A stretch of 63,137 nt of DNA, filler included, from Octopus bimaculoides (lineage: Eukaryota), in the NCBI RefSeq assembly GCF_001194135.2. It is 7 parts of 7 records of this genome, joined end to end, with 100 filler letters (N's around TTAATTAATTAA, not from the genome) between each part and the next. Parts side by side here need not be neighbours in the genome. Positions count along the whole stretch, not along the records: positions 3,384 to 13,391 come from NC_068983.1; positions 13,492 to 23,968 come from NC_068989.1; positions 24,069 to 45,042 come from NC_068985.1; 4 more parts are not named here. One strand, written 5' to 3'. Both the position numbers and the translations under genes were made by a program. The notes below the pieces were generated by a model. That model had not been told where the DNA came from, did not search any database, and saw nothing but the letters and a program-made list of their open reading frames with translations. Of this stretch, positions 11,641 through 24,388 are shown piece by piece; the stretch's first letter is position 1, and every line of letters begins with the position of its first letter.

Positions 11641-13239
11641 TTCGCATTCAGTACCAGGTGTGCATGCTTGAGTATATGTGTGTCTATTCACGTGCGCCTG
11701 TAGCAGCATCTTCTTCATACATGGGTCAAAGTCTACAGCTTCATGTTCTTAAGTTGAGCACGGTGACATGCGGAGATTTTGCAACTATTTCCATGTTTCA
11801 GGCATATTAAACCTAATCTAGAAAACGTAGTTTGTTAAACATGCATCAGCCAAGAGAAATTATTTTTACAAGTGTAAATGTTATAAAATTATTCAACCAG
11901 TATAATTAACGTTTTATCCTCTATGTGCATAGCTTAATTATTTTTGTTTGCATTAAACCTCATGGTAGCCATGTTTCAACAGGCTGATAATGAAAAATAT
12001 TTCACTGTTGAAAATAATGTCGTTTTAACCATCTATACCTGTAGACACTATGTGTGTACAAAACTTTTTTTACATTTATTCAGCACAATGATTATACAAA
12101 TTTAACTTCGCACTTGGTTTCTATGTACAGTTTACGTTCAAGATATTAATATAGAACTACAGGAAGAGATTTTGGACACTACTCAGTTTCTCTTCACGAA
12201 GAAAATTTCAAAATGTAATCGTATACATGGCATCCAATGACTCATTATAAGTCATGTCCAATATTCCGCACTGCACATATATATCTAGAAATATATGATT
12301 TTACGTGTATTTCCTGTATTAAGATTTTTAAAAATAGATTGATTGATACTTTTCTAGTTTCGATAGAACTATAAGACATTCTAAAGTCTCCCTAAGTTCG
12401 TAGCTTGCTTGCTCCCTGAGTTTGTTCATGTATAAATCTTCAAAAATGGATAAGAGTCTATATACAATTTATCGCGTAACATATCGGGCAAATTCCCTAT
12501 AACATCATATTTATATTGTGGACAGTCGCACAAACATTAGAATGTGTATGTTGAAGATGTATGTGTCCCTTTGTCGGGAAGACTGTAACATGGGCAGCTA
12601 CATATTCCTGTAATACTTTTCGTCGAAGGTGTGCATTCATACCGATTATTCTCTAGTTAGATTATACCTTACACACATAGTAATATTATGTTCGGAAAAC
12701 AACAGGATAGGAGAACACCAGATAGTAATCAGATCGTCGAATACCGATCTAAAGTTTTGATTATATCCCTATCGTGATATGGATATCTGAGCAAAGACAT
12801 TGTTATGCATTCGATATGTAGCCATAATATCAAGATTACATCTGCAAAATAAATAAGAAAACAATCAACTCGGGCAAAGAATGTCGAAGTTTTCGATATT
12901 CTGGAAACAGTAATTCTGTTGAAAGGTGAGTGAATATGGTGAGGAAGACCCGTATGAATGGGCTTGCTCAGAATATGTACCTGAGAGATCGGAGAGAAGA
13001 GGGGTGCCAGTGACGTTTGGCGTTTTGGGTCTGTAGGATAAGTGGGGTTTATTGGTTGCCTTTGGATGGAACTTCCCCCTTTTGGCGGATTTAACTGTTT
13101 GAACTTTTGCTATTAATTGTAATCGTTGTCTTTAACTGTTTACACGTACAACACGTAAATACCCGCTGTTCTTTGTGCTATGTTGTCCTTTGCTTTGTGT
13201 GTAGCCCTTCTGGCCAATAAAGCGAGAAATAATAATAAT

Positions 13240-13671
13240 TATTATTATTATCGTGATTATTATCATTATTATTTTCTTCTTCTTCTTCTTCTTCTTCTTC
13301 TTCTTCTTCTTCTTCTTCTTCTTCTTCTTCTTCTTCTTCTTCTTCTTCTTCTTCTTCTTCTTCTTCTTCTTCTTCTTCTTCTTCTTCTTCTNNNNNNNNN
13401 NNNNNNNNNNNNNNNNNNNNNNNNNNNNNNNNNNNTTAATTAATTAANNNNNNNNNNNNNNNNNNNNNNNNNNNNNNNNNNNNNNNNNNNNATTGCCGCC
13501 ATTACTCCATTAAAACATATATTCAAATATTCCCTTTTTTTCTGTTATACAACTCATCTTCCATTCATTCAACCTCCACCTCCTCCTCATCATCATCATC
13601 ATCCTCATCATCATCATCTTCATTATTATTATTATTATTATTATTATTTATTATTATTATTATTATCATCA

Positions 13672-13708
<37 letters not shown>

Positions 13709-13781
13709 CATCATCATTATCATTGTTATTATTATAACTATTATCATTATTATCGCCACCCTCATTATTATTATTACCATT

Positions 13782-13814
<33 letters not shown>

Positions 13815-14151
13815 ATTGTTGTTACTGCTGCAGTTGTTGCTGTTGTTCTTGTGTTCCTCTTTCCTGTTCTTTTCCGTTGCCCAAATGTCTTGTCTTTATA
13901 CAAAGTTCTTACTCAGAAATTGCTTCTGCCGTTCCTGAACTTCCTCCCAGTTATAAACCATCAATTCTATATGTACGTAATGTATGTATGTATATATCTG
14001 TATGTATGTATGTATGTATGTATGTATGTATGTATGTATGTATGTATGTATGTGTGTGTGTATGTGTGTGTGTGTAGATGTATGTGTGCATGTATGAGTG
14101 AATGTTTGTAAGAACGTATAAATATAGATAAATATATATATAATATAAATG

Positions 14152-14222
<71 letters not shown>

Positions 14223-14475
14223 CTATATCTATATATCTGCTCGTCTCTGTCTGTCTGTTTCTCTCTCTCTTTCTCTTTCTCTCTACATACATACATACAT
14301 ATATACATACATGTATATATGTATATATNNNNNNNNNNNNNNNNNNNNNNNNNNNNNNNNNNNNNNNNNNNNNNNNNNNNNNNNNNNNNNNNNNNNNNNN
14401 NNNNNNNNNNNNNNNNNNNNNNNNNNNNNNNNNNNTATATATATATATATATGTATGTATGTATGTATGTATATA

Positions 14476-14518
<43 letters not shown>

Positions 14519-14525
14519 ATATGCA

Positions 14526-14562
<37 letters not shown>

Positions 14563-14620
14563 CACATGCTTGTGAATGTGTGTGTACATACACACATACA
14601 TGTATGTATTTTTGTATAAC
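13240..14620. repeat. Compound microsatellite block (CTT, CAT, TTA, GTT, TATG, TAGA, TA); one of many in the window
   Basis: Direct reading. Similar blocks at 1-450, 5150-5750, 6990-7140, 10100-10300, 20330-21720, 36970-38500, 42900-44300 and 52500-53700. Confidence 0.95.
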
Positions 14621-15180
14621 TTCGCGTCTGTTGTGTTCGGTTTTGTGCGATCCGTTTCGGAGAATATAAATACAACGTAGGTAGGTTTGTCTTCTTTTAT
14701 CACATCTACCTACGGAACCCCTGCAAATTCTTCAAGGCAGGAAATGATAACCAAGCACCCTTAGCAAAGGCAACAATAACAGATAACCCTTTCACAAGAG
14801 TTGCTGGGAGAGCGGCAAAACAAAAGAAGAGAAAAGAGCTAGAAAACAAAAGAAAATGGTATGAAAGAAAGGAAAACAAGGATATAAGAGACAATTCAAC
14901 AAAACTAGTAAAAGAGCCAAAAAGCAGAAACATTCTCTCGACGGTTTTCTTATCGTTACTCGGCATTGTAGAATGCAGAAAGTTTCGGTCAAGAGCTAGA
15001 AGAATAACATTTATTTCTTTCTTCGGAGCAGCTTGTTATAATGAAGAGGATGTTACTGAAAGCGAAAGTGAAAGTGAAGTAGAATATCAGCTGGTGGTTT
15101 GGTTAGATCGACACGACGAACACAAAGATGTATCTATCATTAAATATGTACGTAGACACACACGTGTGTGTTTATATACG

Positions 15181-15240
<60 letters not shown>

Positions 15241-16279
15241 AATTTGTAAAACAAGAAGATGGAATGAGTAGGCTTTAATCACAAATCACAACAATTGTTT
15301 CTGTGCATTAATAACAGTTGTTAGTCGCTCAACTTTCTATTTCATATTATTACATAATTATTATGCAAATAAATGTGATCCAGAAGTAGCTATGTACCCG
15401 CACGTCATCGGGTGAGTGGCTTTGAGAGCAATGCACAGAAACAATTGTTGTTTTGTGATTAAAGCCTGTTCATTCCACCTTCTTGTATTGTAATTTATTT
15501 TGTATGAATTTCGGGCCTTGTGCCTAGAGTAGAAAAGAATTGTGAAACATGCTTAGAACAACCAAACTTGGCGTACAGCTAGATAAGTCTCCTTTGCCAA
15601 GCATTAAAAATATGTTTCTTGCTTATATAAGCTTCGTCAAAGATTCTCGTTTAGTTCAAAAGCAATCATTTGTAAGACAACTAGAAAGAGATACAAAAGA
15701 GGAGCCAGTATTTCGTGTTTGAGCAATAGGTGGGGCACATTGATGGCAGGCTGTCATCGCTGCTTCATCAGTTTATTGAAAAACGTTATATCAAGCATGT
15801 TTACAGCACACTCTACAATCCACAGGTAAGATCTGGCTTATGAAATACAAAACGGATAATGCAATGAAATGAATAATAAGACATCTGTACATTCTTTTCT
15901 ACCCTAAGCACAAGGCCCGAAATTTTGGGGGAGCGGGGACAGTTGATTAGATCGACCGCTAAGCATTTCGCCCGGCGTGCTAACGTTTCTGCCAGTTCGC
16001 CGCCTTAAGACATCTGTACATTATCGGATTTAAGTGACAAAAACTTGTACAGCCCTTTCTCACTCTCCCGTTACCATTGTTGGTTCCTGTGAGAAGAATC
16101 ACAAGATGACTGGTGCTATTTTGGCTGCAAGGTTTATGTCAGAATATCTTTCTCCAAGAAGTGCTACCTTCTTCACGGCTTTGTTAAAAAGAACGGGAGT
16201 TTCCTTTTCCCCTGGGAAATCTATTTAACCCCTGCCTGGTTCTACCGCTCCGGGTCAGAACGAACCAGGTTGACTTAAG

Positions 16280-16775
16280 AAATCGATGAGCGCTGTTATC
16301 AAAGCAGTAAATAAAATCAAGGCATATGCTCTCAATTCCTGACTGAGAACGATAAAGATTTTGAACATTTATTGTTGCTCACAGAACTTCGAAGGTTGAC
16401 AAAAGGGAAACTATCTGAGATGTTTCCATTTCCTTTTTAAAACAATTGTTGAATTCTTCCAAGATTCTAATTAACTAAGAAACAGCTAGCACGATATTGC
16501 TAACGTAACATTGCTTACATGGCATTCACAAAGATCAATGAAGTTAATTTGCAACTGGAAATGAGGTGAAACCAGCCCTTTCCACGTTTCTATCCAATTT
16601 AGAGTAATTCAAATTTAACACAAGCCGCCTTCAATTCTTCCAGTTTCCAAGCCTCTCTGAATTGGAGAAGGAAAATAGAATATCAGAAGATGGCCTTCAA
16701 GTGTATTAGTGAAACTGGATGAGCCGCAGAGAGAAATTTTCGATCGATTTCAGGGTCTTTGTTTTTGCTTAAAAT
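16280..16775 (+). mobile_element. hAT (Buster/Charlie-type) transposase remnant
   Basis: AVIKAVNKIKAYALNS..ENDKDFEHLLLLTELRRLTKG..INEVNLQL..QFFQFPSL with frameshifts. Confidence 0.75.
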
Positions 16776-16898
16776 ACCAGGCTGGGTGATTAATATCAAT
16801 TCCTAGATATCAGTAGTAAATAGGAAAGAAGAATAGTGGCGAAAGATCTTCGGAGAAATGATGTTAGAGTAGAGAGAAATCAACTCAAAACGCGATTT

Positions 16899-17145
16899 CT
16901 CTGAAGATTTCCTGAAGAAGGGGTCCTAACCCTGAAATATTGAAATATAAGGTAAAAATACAAACTATTGAGACTTGTATTCTTTCTTATAACTTGCATT
17001 GTTTTGGCTTTATACTTCCGTCGGTAATAATTAATTTTTAATAAGCCTTCTGGTTATTTACGACATCAGCGACTGAAAAAATGCTGAAATTTTAGATATC
17101 CTGGCAGCGAGATTTTACAGGCAGGCAGTGAGCAGTACTTCTCAC
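16899..17145 (+). mobile_element. ~250-bp repeat (probable Penelope pLTR), inverted copy at 18887-19130
   Basis: Direct alignment to the reverse complement of 18887-19130. Carries CTGAAGA-AGGGG..CCCT-GAAA, a hammerhead-like core. Confidence 0.6.
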
Positions 17146-18319
17146 GTATGATGCTTTTAGTTGTACACCACTTCAAACATTCTATACATACATATGTGTG
17201 TGAGTGCGTGTATGTACACGTTTGTTCACATGTTCAGGACCACATCTACACACGTTCACACATGCGGGAAGACATATATTCTGGATTTTCTTAAATTGTG
17301 ACTCTAGTATCACGCAACCGATTATTCAAATAATTGATATAGAAAAGCGGTGTAAAAATATGTAAACAAAAACAATCGCAAACATTAAAAAAAGAAAAAT
17401 AAACGATTATAAAAATGTGTTGCCCATTTATGAAATTTTCGTGTGTAGAACACGCGGTGTTTTCATTTATTCGTGTGTAGAAACACGATTCAACTACCTT
17501 GTGCTTGAAATTCGTTTCTGCTCGAGGCACAAGGCCCGAATTTGGGGGGGAAGGGTGTCAGTCGATTACATCGACCCAGTACGCAACTGGTACTTAACTT
17601 ATCGATCCCGAAGGGATGAAAGGCAAAGTCGACCTCGGAGGAATTTGAACTCAGAACGTAACGGCAGACGAAATACCGCTTATCATTTCTCCCGGCATGC
17701 TAACGTTTCTGCCAGCTCGTTACCTTAAGCATGTTTCCCAATTATATCTTCAATGTTATAGTATTTCACATTTTGAAACACTTGTAATAAACATTTTTAG
17801 ATTAAAAAAAACGTCAATTTTAATTTTCATGATTTAAATCCCGAAAAAAAAGCCCTCCAAAAATTCTGAAGTTTTCTGTAAAAATACGGATTATAAGTGT
17901 TTCAAAATGTGGAATACTACAACATAACCAGAAAAAAGTGGCGGCTTGTGTTCCGAAGATATTATGTGGGGATGGACAGACGTTTAAAAAAGCATGGATT
18001 AAAACGCTTTAAAGAAAGTTGAGTCGCGAACGGGATATTATAAAATGCGGGAAAACCCCGAAAAAACAACTCCGAAAAATTCCAATTTATGTATGACAGA
18101 TATTCCGAAATTCCGACAAATATAAATTAAATGACCTTTTTTTATTATTTGTAATGATAGAGTTTCTAAAACATAAATTTGTAAAAATTATGGAAAACAC
18201 CGAATAACAAAAGCAATCCAACTGGTTAAATGATGAGCTCAAGTTCGAACTCCACAACGATAACGTATTCTAAAAAAATTATTGTAGTTATTTATGTTTA
18301 AAATAACAGTTATTTTGTG

Positions 18320-18690
18320 GAGGCGCAATGGCCCAGTGGACTTGCGGACTTGCGGTCATTGGATCACGGTTTTGATTCCTAGACCAGGCGTTGTGAGTGT
18401 TTATTGAGAGAAAACACCTAAAGCTCCGCAAGGCTCCGGCAGGGGATGGTGGTGAACCCTGCTGTACTCTTCCACCACAACTTTCTCTCACTCTTTCTTC
18501 CTGTTTCTGTTGTACCTGTATTTCAAAGAACCAGCCGTGTCATGCTGAATATCCCTGAGAACTACGTTAAGGGTACACGTGTCTGTGGAGTGCTCAGCCA
18601 CTTGCACATTAATTTCACGAGTAGGCTGTTCCGTTGATCGGATCAACTGGAACCCTCGACGTCGTAAGCGACGGAGTGCCAACAACTGTT
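18320..18690 (+). mobile_element. tRNA-derived SINE family D. Related copies at ~62095-62410 (+) and head at ~1020-1100 (-)
   Basis: GGAGGCGCAATGGCCCAGTGG head and shared 3' GCTGTTCCGTTGATCGGATCAACT. Confidence 0.7.
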
Positions 18691-18886
18691 ATTTTAATCA
18701 CTGCGTGTATAAATCTGTTGGGACAGGCCTAATTTTTAAAACAAATGAACGAAGACACGTTCTAATTAATATTGGTTTCAAATTTTGTTACAGGCCTGAA
18801 GTTTAGGGGAGTGGTATTTATTTTATTGACCCTGAAAGGACGAAAGGCAAAGTCGACCCCCATTGCTAACGTTGGAACTTATCTAT

Positions 18887-19130
18887 GGGAAGCACCGCTC
18901 ACTGCATGCCTATAAAATTTCGCTACCAGGATATATAGAAGTTCAGCAAGCATCTCTTCAGACGCTGATATCGCAAACAGCCAGCGGGCTCATTAAAAAT
19001 TGATTATTATCGACGGAAACATAAAGCCAAAACAATGCAAGTTATAAGAAATAATACAAGTTTCAATCGTTTGTATTTTTACCTTATATTTCAGTATTTC
19101 AGGGTTAGAACCCCATCTTCAGGAAATCTT
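18887..19130 (-). mobile_element. Inverted copy of the 16899-17145 repeat
   Basis: Aligns by eye over ~245 bp. Confidence 0.6.
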
Positions 19131-19479
19131 CGGAGACATGGTGCACAGATGTAAATCATTAACGGAGAACTGGGCGATATGCTGCTAGGCATTTTGCCCG
19201 GCGTGCTAACCATTCTGCTAGCTCGTTGCCTTCAAATTCTAATATACATTACATTCATAAAAAATAAAGCGGTCAGCTAGCAGAATCGTTAACACGCCGG
19301 ACAAAATGCTTAACGGCATTTCGTCCGTCTTTGCGTTCAGAGTCCAAATTCTGCTGAGGTCATCTTTGCCTTTCATTCTTTCCTGGTCGATAAAATAAGT
19401 ACCCGCTCCCACGAAATTGCTATCTTTGTACCAAAACTTTGAAACTAATATTACCTTCATAAAGTGCATTAAAATAATT

Positions 19480-20209
19480 GCACAGTTTATTTACTTACAG
19501 AAAAAATTTTAAATGACGAATTATGGAAAATATGAAGAATTTCTTGCTTTCATCCTAAAACTACCAATAGGGCGGGTGCTGAAGCGATACCATGTTGCTT
19601 TTGGCGAGAAACTCACGTGTGGGGAGAGCTTAGTGATAGGGTGCGTTGTGATCACGAAGAATCCATTTTTTCACGCTCCACGGATCCAGTCACTTCCGCT
19701 GAATGTCCTCCCTCAAACGCTTCAAAAGTCGGAGTAGAACTTTCGATTATTGACGGTCTGGCCCTGGGGAACGAATTCTCGATGCACAAAACCACATTTC
19801 CGGGTGTAACGTTCATGACAGCTCTTTCAGATCACTCATGTCTTCCAGGGACCTTCTTCCACTTTTGAAGCGCCACTGCCACTCGAAACATTGCGTACGA
19901 CCCATGCCCTCGACGCCGTAAGCTGGCTAAAACATGCTCAATGTCTCTGCAGCAGACTTCCCAAATTTAACGCAAAATTTCACGCTGGCTTTTTGTTCCA
20001 ACTTCCTGTTCACGACAAAATCGCAGACTACAGCAGACACACGTGATCACAAAAATACAAATTTTACAAGTTACGAAGTAAACACAGCGATGTTACTCAG
20101 CACACCGCCTCGTGAAGGTCACTGCTAGCTCTCACTGCGCACGCAACGGTGTGCTGCCATCTCTTGGAGCGCTACAGAACTAGTCCTGGAACATCTTGCT
20201 ACCACCTTG
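19480..20209 (-). mobile_element. Mariner element with internal deletion
   Basis: LEQKASVKFCVKFGKSAAETLSMF..CFEWQWRFKSGRRSLED (mariner N-terminal HTH). TA-flanked end at 20209-20211; left boundary approximate. Confidence 0.75.
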
Positions 20210-20567
20210 TACACGTGAAAACTCGAGAAGTAACGCGCGGAGGGGTACCATCTACATAAATGATCATACTCTACTATTTCTATAGAGAATTTTTCTCTCT
20301 GTTGAGACGAAAAAGACCTGCAAATACACACACACACATATATACACAAACAGACGTATATATATATGTGTTTGTGTGTGCGTGCATGTGTGTATATACT
20401 AATGTATAAGTAAACTTATAAGTAAACTTGAGTTATTTTCTTTAAATGATTTTATTTTCCAATTATTTCAAACGTCCTTGTACCGGTTTGTGTAAATATG
20501 TATACACGCATATGTTTGTATCTGTATGTATATATGTATGTACACTTATGTGTGTGTGCATACATAC

Positions 20568-20606
<39 letters not shown>

Positions 20607-20836
20607 ATTCTGCTGAGCCATAGCAGTACCATTATTCATGTGTAAATACATATATACGTGTGTGTGTGTACTTACAAATATATGCATCAACAAACGTATG
20701 CAAACATGTCAACAAAACCGAAGACATACATACATACAAACAAACATACAAACATACATACGTACATACATACGTACATACGTACATACGTACGTATATA
20801 CATACATACACTAACGTACATACATACATACATTCA

Positions 20837-20867
<31 letters not shown>

Positions 20868-21066
20868 GCATACAACCCCAACAAGCACAAATTCATTCAG
20901 AGCAAAAACTACACAGATTTATGTAAACACACACACACACACACACACACACACGATGGCGTGTTTCGCCCGACAGCATTTATAACATCTTTTGTTTTAG
21001 AATGGCTTCTTGGTGGTTTATGAACAACAATAACAATAATAATAACAACGACTACTACTGCTGCTG

Positions 21067-21122
<56 letters not shown>

Positions 21123-21862
21123 GCTACTGCTGCTGCTGCTGCCACTACTACTACTATTATACAGCAATCGCACTACAGCAACAACGGCATCGGTGCCATA
21201 ATTTTAACAACAAAGAACAACAAACAGCGCCATCTACAGAAAAACAAACAAAGCAAACATGAAGAAGAAGAAAAAGAAGGAAAAGGAATAGCAGGAACAA
21301 CAACAACAACGACAACAAAAGACAGGAACAACGATGAAACAAATCAACAACAGTAAAAAAAACAACAGCAACACCAACAAAAACAATAGAAAGTTACAAG
21401 GAATATCGAGAAAGAAACGGAAACTTTAAATAAAAACTACAATAACTGAAGCAGCAAGAAGAAGAAGAAGAAGAAGAAGAAGAAGAAGAAGAAGAAGAAG
21501 AAGAAGAAGAAGAAGAAGAAGAAGGAGGAGGAGNNNNNNNNNNNNNNNNNNNNNNNNNNNNNNNNNNNNNNNNNNNNNNNNNNNNNNNNNNNNNNNNNNN
21601 NNNNNNNNNNNNNNNNNNNNNNNNNNNAGGAGGAGAAGAAGAAGGAGAAGAAGAAGGAGAAGAAGAAGAAGAAGAAGAAGAAGAAGAAGAAGAAGAAGAA
21701 GAAGAAATAATAATAATAATAATTAGTTGGCCCTTTTCGTCTATGCAGACGGTCAATTTAGCTTAGAGGTCACTTAATCGAACATATCAGGGGCTCCCCT
21801 TCTTGCAGTTTCTTTCATGGCTGATTCTTCCTATGATTGAAGCGCAGCTTCTGTCACATTAC

Positions 21863-21972
21863 TTGCTCGGCGCTCTGCATTTCTGTTGTTTTCCTTTCGC
21901 CGCTGAGGCTTCTCAGCTTGTTTGTTTCTGTAGCTGACATATATAAATATGGTGTGTGTTGCGTTCCATTAC
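21863..21972 (-). CDS. Candidate exon 6b, Ser/Thr-rich stalk (C)NGTQHTPYLYMSATETNKLRSLSGERKTTEMQSAEQ
   Basis: Acceptor catcttttcatttatcag|, donor CAA|gtaatg, phase 1 to 0. Contains an NGT sequon. Read-through gives a stop at 21854-21856. Confidence 0.4.
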
Positions 21973-24068
21973 CTGATAAATGAAAAGATGAATAAACAAA
22001 CGACGTAACGTATACTGAATGTACGCNNNNNNNNNNNNNNNNNNNNNNNNNNNNNNNNNNNNNNNNNNNNNNNNNNNNNNNNNNNNNNNNNNNNNNNNNN
22101 NNNNNNNNNNNNNNNNNNNNNNNNNNNNNNNNNNNNNNNNNNNNNNNNNNNNNNNNNNNNNNNNNNNNNNNNNNNNNNNNNNNNNNNNNNNNNNNNNNNN
22201 NNNNNNNNNNNNNNNNNNNNNNNNNNNNNNNNNNNNNNNNNNNNNNNNNNNNNNNNNNNNNNNNNNNNNNNNNNNNNNNNNNNNNNNNNNNNNNNNNNNN
22301 NNNNNNNNNNNNNNNNNNNNNNNNNNNNNNNNNNNNNNNNNNNNNNNNNNNNNNNNNNNNNNNNNNNNNNNNNNNNNNNNNNNNNNNNNNNNNNNNNNNN
22401 NNNNNNNNNNNNNNNNNNNNNNNNNNNNNNNNNNNNNNNNNNNNNNNNNNNNNNNNNNNNNNNNNNNNNNNNNNNNNNNNNNNNNNNNNNNNNNNNNNNN
22501 NNNNNNNNNNNNNNNNNNNNNNNNNNNNNNNNNNNNNNNNNNNNNNNNNNNNNNNNNNNNNNNNNNNNNNNNNNNNNNNNNNNNNNNNNNNNNNNNNNNN
22601 NNNNNNNNNNNNNNNNNNNNNNNNNNNNNNNNNNNNNNNNNNNNNNNNNNNNNNNNNNNNNNNNNNNNNNNNNNNNNNNNNNNNNNNNNNNTATATATAA
22701 AAGATAAACAAGAGTGAAAAAACTACAGAAGGCTTGTGTTACTTGGTTAAAGTATATATTTAAAACGTTATGTTAGAAAAATGTTATAAAATTTTGAGTA
22801 TAGAAACATTGTATTTGGAGAAATAACCGGTTTCGTATTTTCTTTTCAGATTTCTCTACTTGTATCGTAACATGACTTCGCTCCGGTGTGTCACCTGGTT
22901 GGATGTATATATATAATATATAGATAATATATAAATATATGCATATATACATACATATATGTACATACCTACATATATATGCAGAATAACTACATCGATA
23001 TGGATTGCAGTGCCACACCACCATGAGCCAACACCTGAGCCATAGGGCATGAGCAGGCCATGATCACCACATGACCACACCATGTGTATATAGTGACCAC
23101 CATGACTAGATGATCTCCCCATGATTACCATAGTATGGTCATATCCAGATAAGTTTTGACTACAGCCTAACGACATCTTGTAGGCTGGGAATATTTTCAA
23201 GAATAAATCGTTCTCAGCACACTGAAACACACACATACACACACGCACACGCACACATATACACACACACACAATGGTGCAAAGTTGACCGTGTGTATGA
23301 ATAACGTTATTAATATCGTTTCATCATTCTATGTTAAACAAAATTACAATCTTTTGTTTAGTTTATAAATACACAGCTCAAAAATAAATAGATACCACTC
23401 ATTATACCGTTTCATCTGCGTGGGCGCTACTCACTAGTTGATACCCAAACGGATTAAATCATTTTTTTTTTTAAACTGCATGAGGCATGTCTAGATATTA
23501 GATATACATGCATTAAACGATATTATCTTGTTTACATGCCTCAAGTAACATTATTTTGTTCTTAGAAATAAATCTTTCAACGCTAGTGTTTATTTATTTT
23601 TAAGATATCTGTGTATATTAATGTCGCTGTTAAAATATGCCTCGTAGTTAAACCACAGAGATTCTCAGCAGCCAAGGATGAGAAAACGAATCCTGACTAT
23701 GATTTTAACAAAATTCGAAACTGCTACTGCTGAGAAGCTCTACCGTTTAACCATGACCTCAGTAAGATTAAGTGCATGTTTATTAAACGTAGGAGTGGCT
23801 GTGTGGTAAGTAGCTTGCTTACCAGCCACGTGGTTCCGGGTTCAGTCCCACTGCTTGGCACATTGGGCAAGTGTCTTATACTAGAGCCTCGGGCTAACCA
23901 AAGCCTTGTGAGTGGATTTAGTAGACGGAAACTGAAAGACGCCTGTCGTGTGTGTATATATATATATANNNNNNNNNNNNNNNNNNNNNNNNNNNNNNNN
24001 NNNNNNNNNNNNTTAATTAATTAANNNNNNNNNNNNNNNNNNNNNNNNNNNNNNNNNNNNNNNNNNNN

Positions 24069-24126
<58 letters not shown>

Positions 24127-24130
<4 letters not shown>

Positions 24131-24308
24131 TAAAGATTATTTGCCAACATTATGTGGCAGTCCTGGTTCAGGATGAATGTTACTGTTATTTAGCCCCAGG
24201 AAACATTGTCTCTAGCTAACTAGAGACAATGTTTCCTGGGGCTAAATAACAGTAAGATTCGTACTGAACCAGGACTGCTACGTTAAGTTGGCAAATAATC
24301 TTTACTCT
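24127..24308. repeat. 182-bp fold-back palindrome (MITE-like)
   Basis: Arms of ~88 bp, inner 36 bp perfect, 4-nt loop CTAA at 24216-24219. Confidence 0.9.
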
Positions 24309-24388
24309 AAAGTACTGTTACTGAATGTTTCTTGTTGAGAGATTTACAAATAGAAATTTTCTATTTTACATATATATATATATATATA

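Noticed and set aside
12745-12841. Strong acceptor on - with open frame YVILIIWLHIEC..
   Set aside because: The only donor found is phase 2, which leads to a stop in exon 7; no supporting homology.
14706-14992. Hydrophobic minus-strand ORFs as the TM exon
   Set aside because: Mirror of a purine-rich + strand (Phe/Leu/Ser-rich by composition); exons 6a/7 give a better TM.
2879-21972. Scrambled exon order (exon 8 spliced to the 21972 exon gives MELLSAGNGTQ..)
   Set aside because: A collinear model with compatible phases exists (exon 9 at 1341), so no rearrangement is needed.
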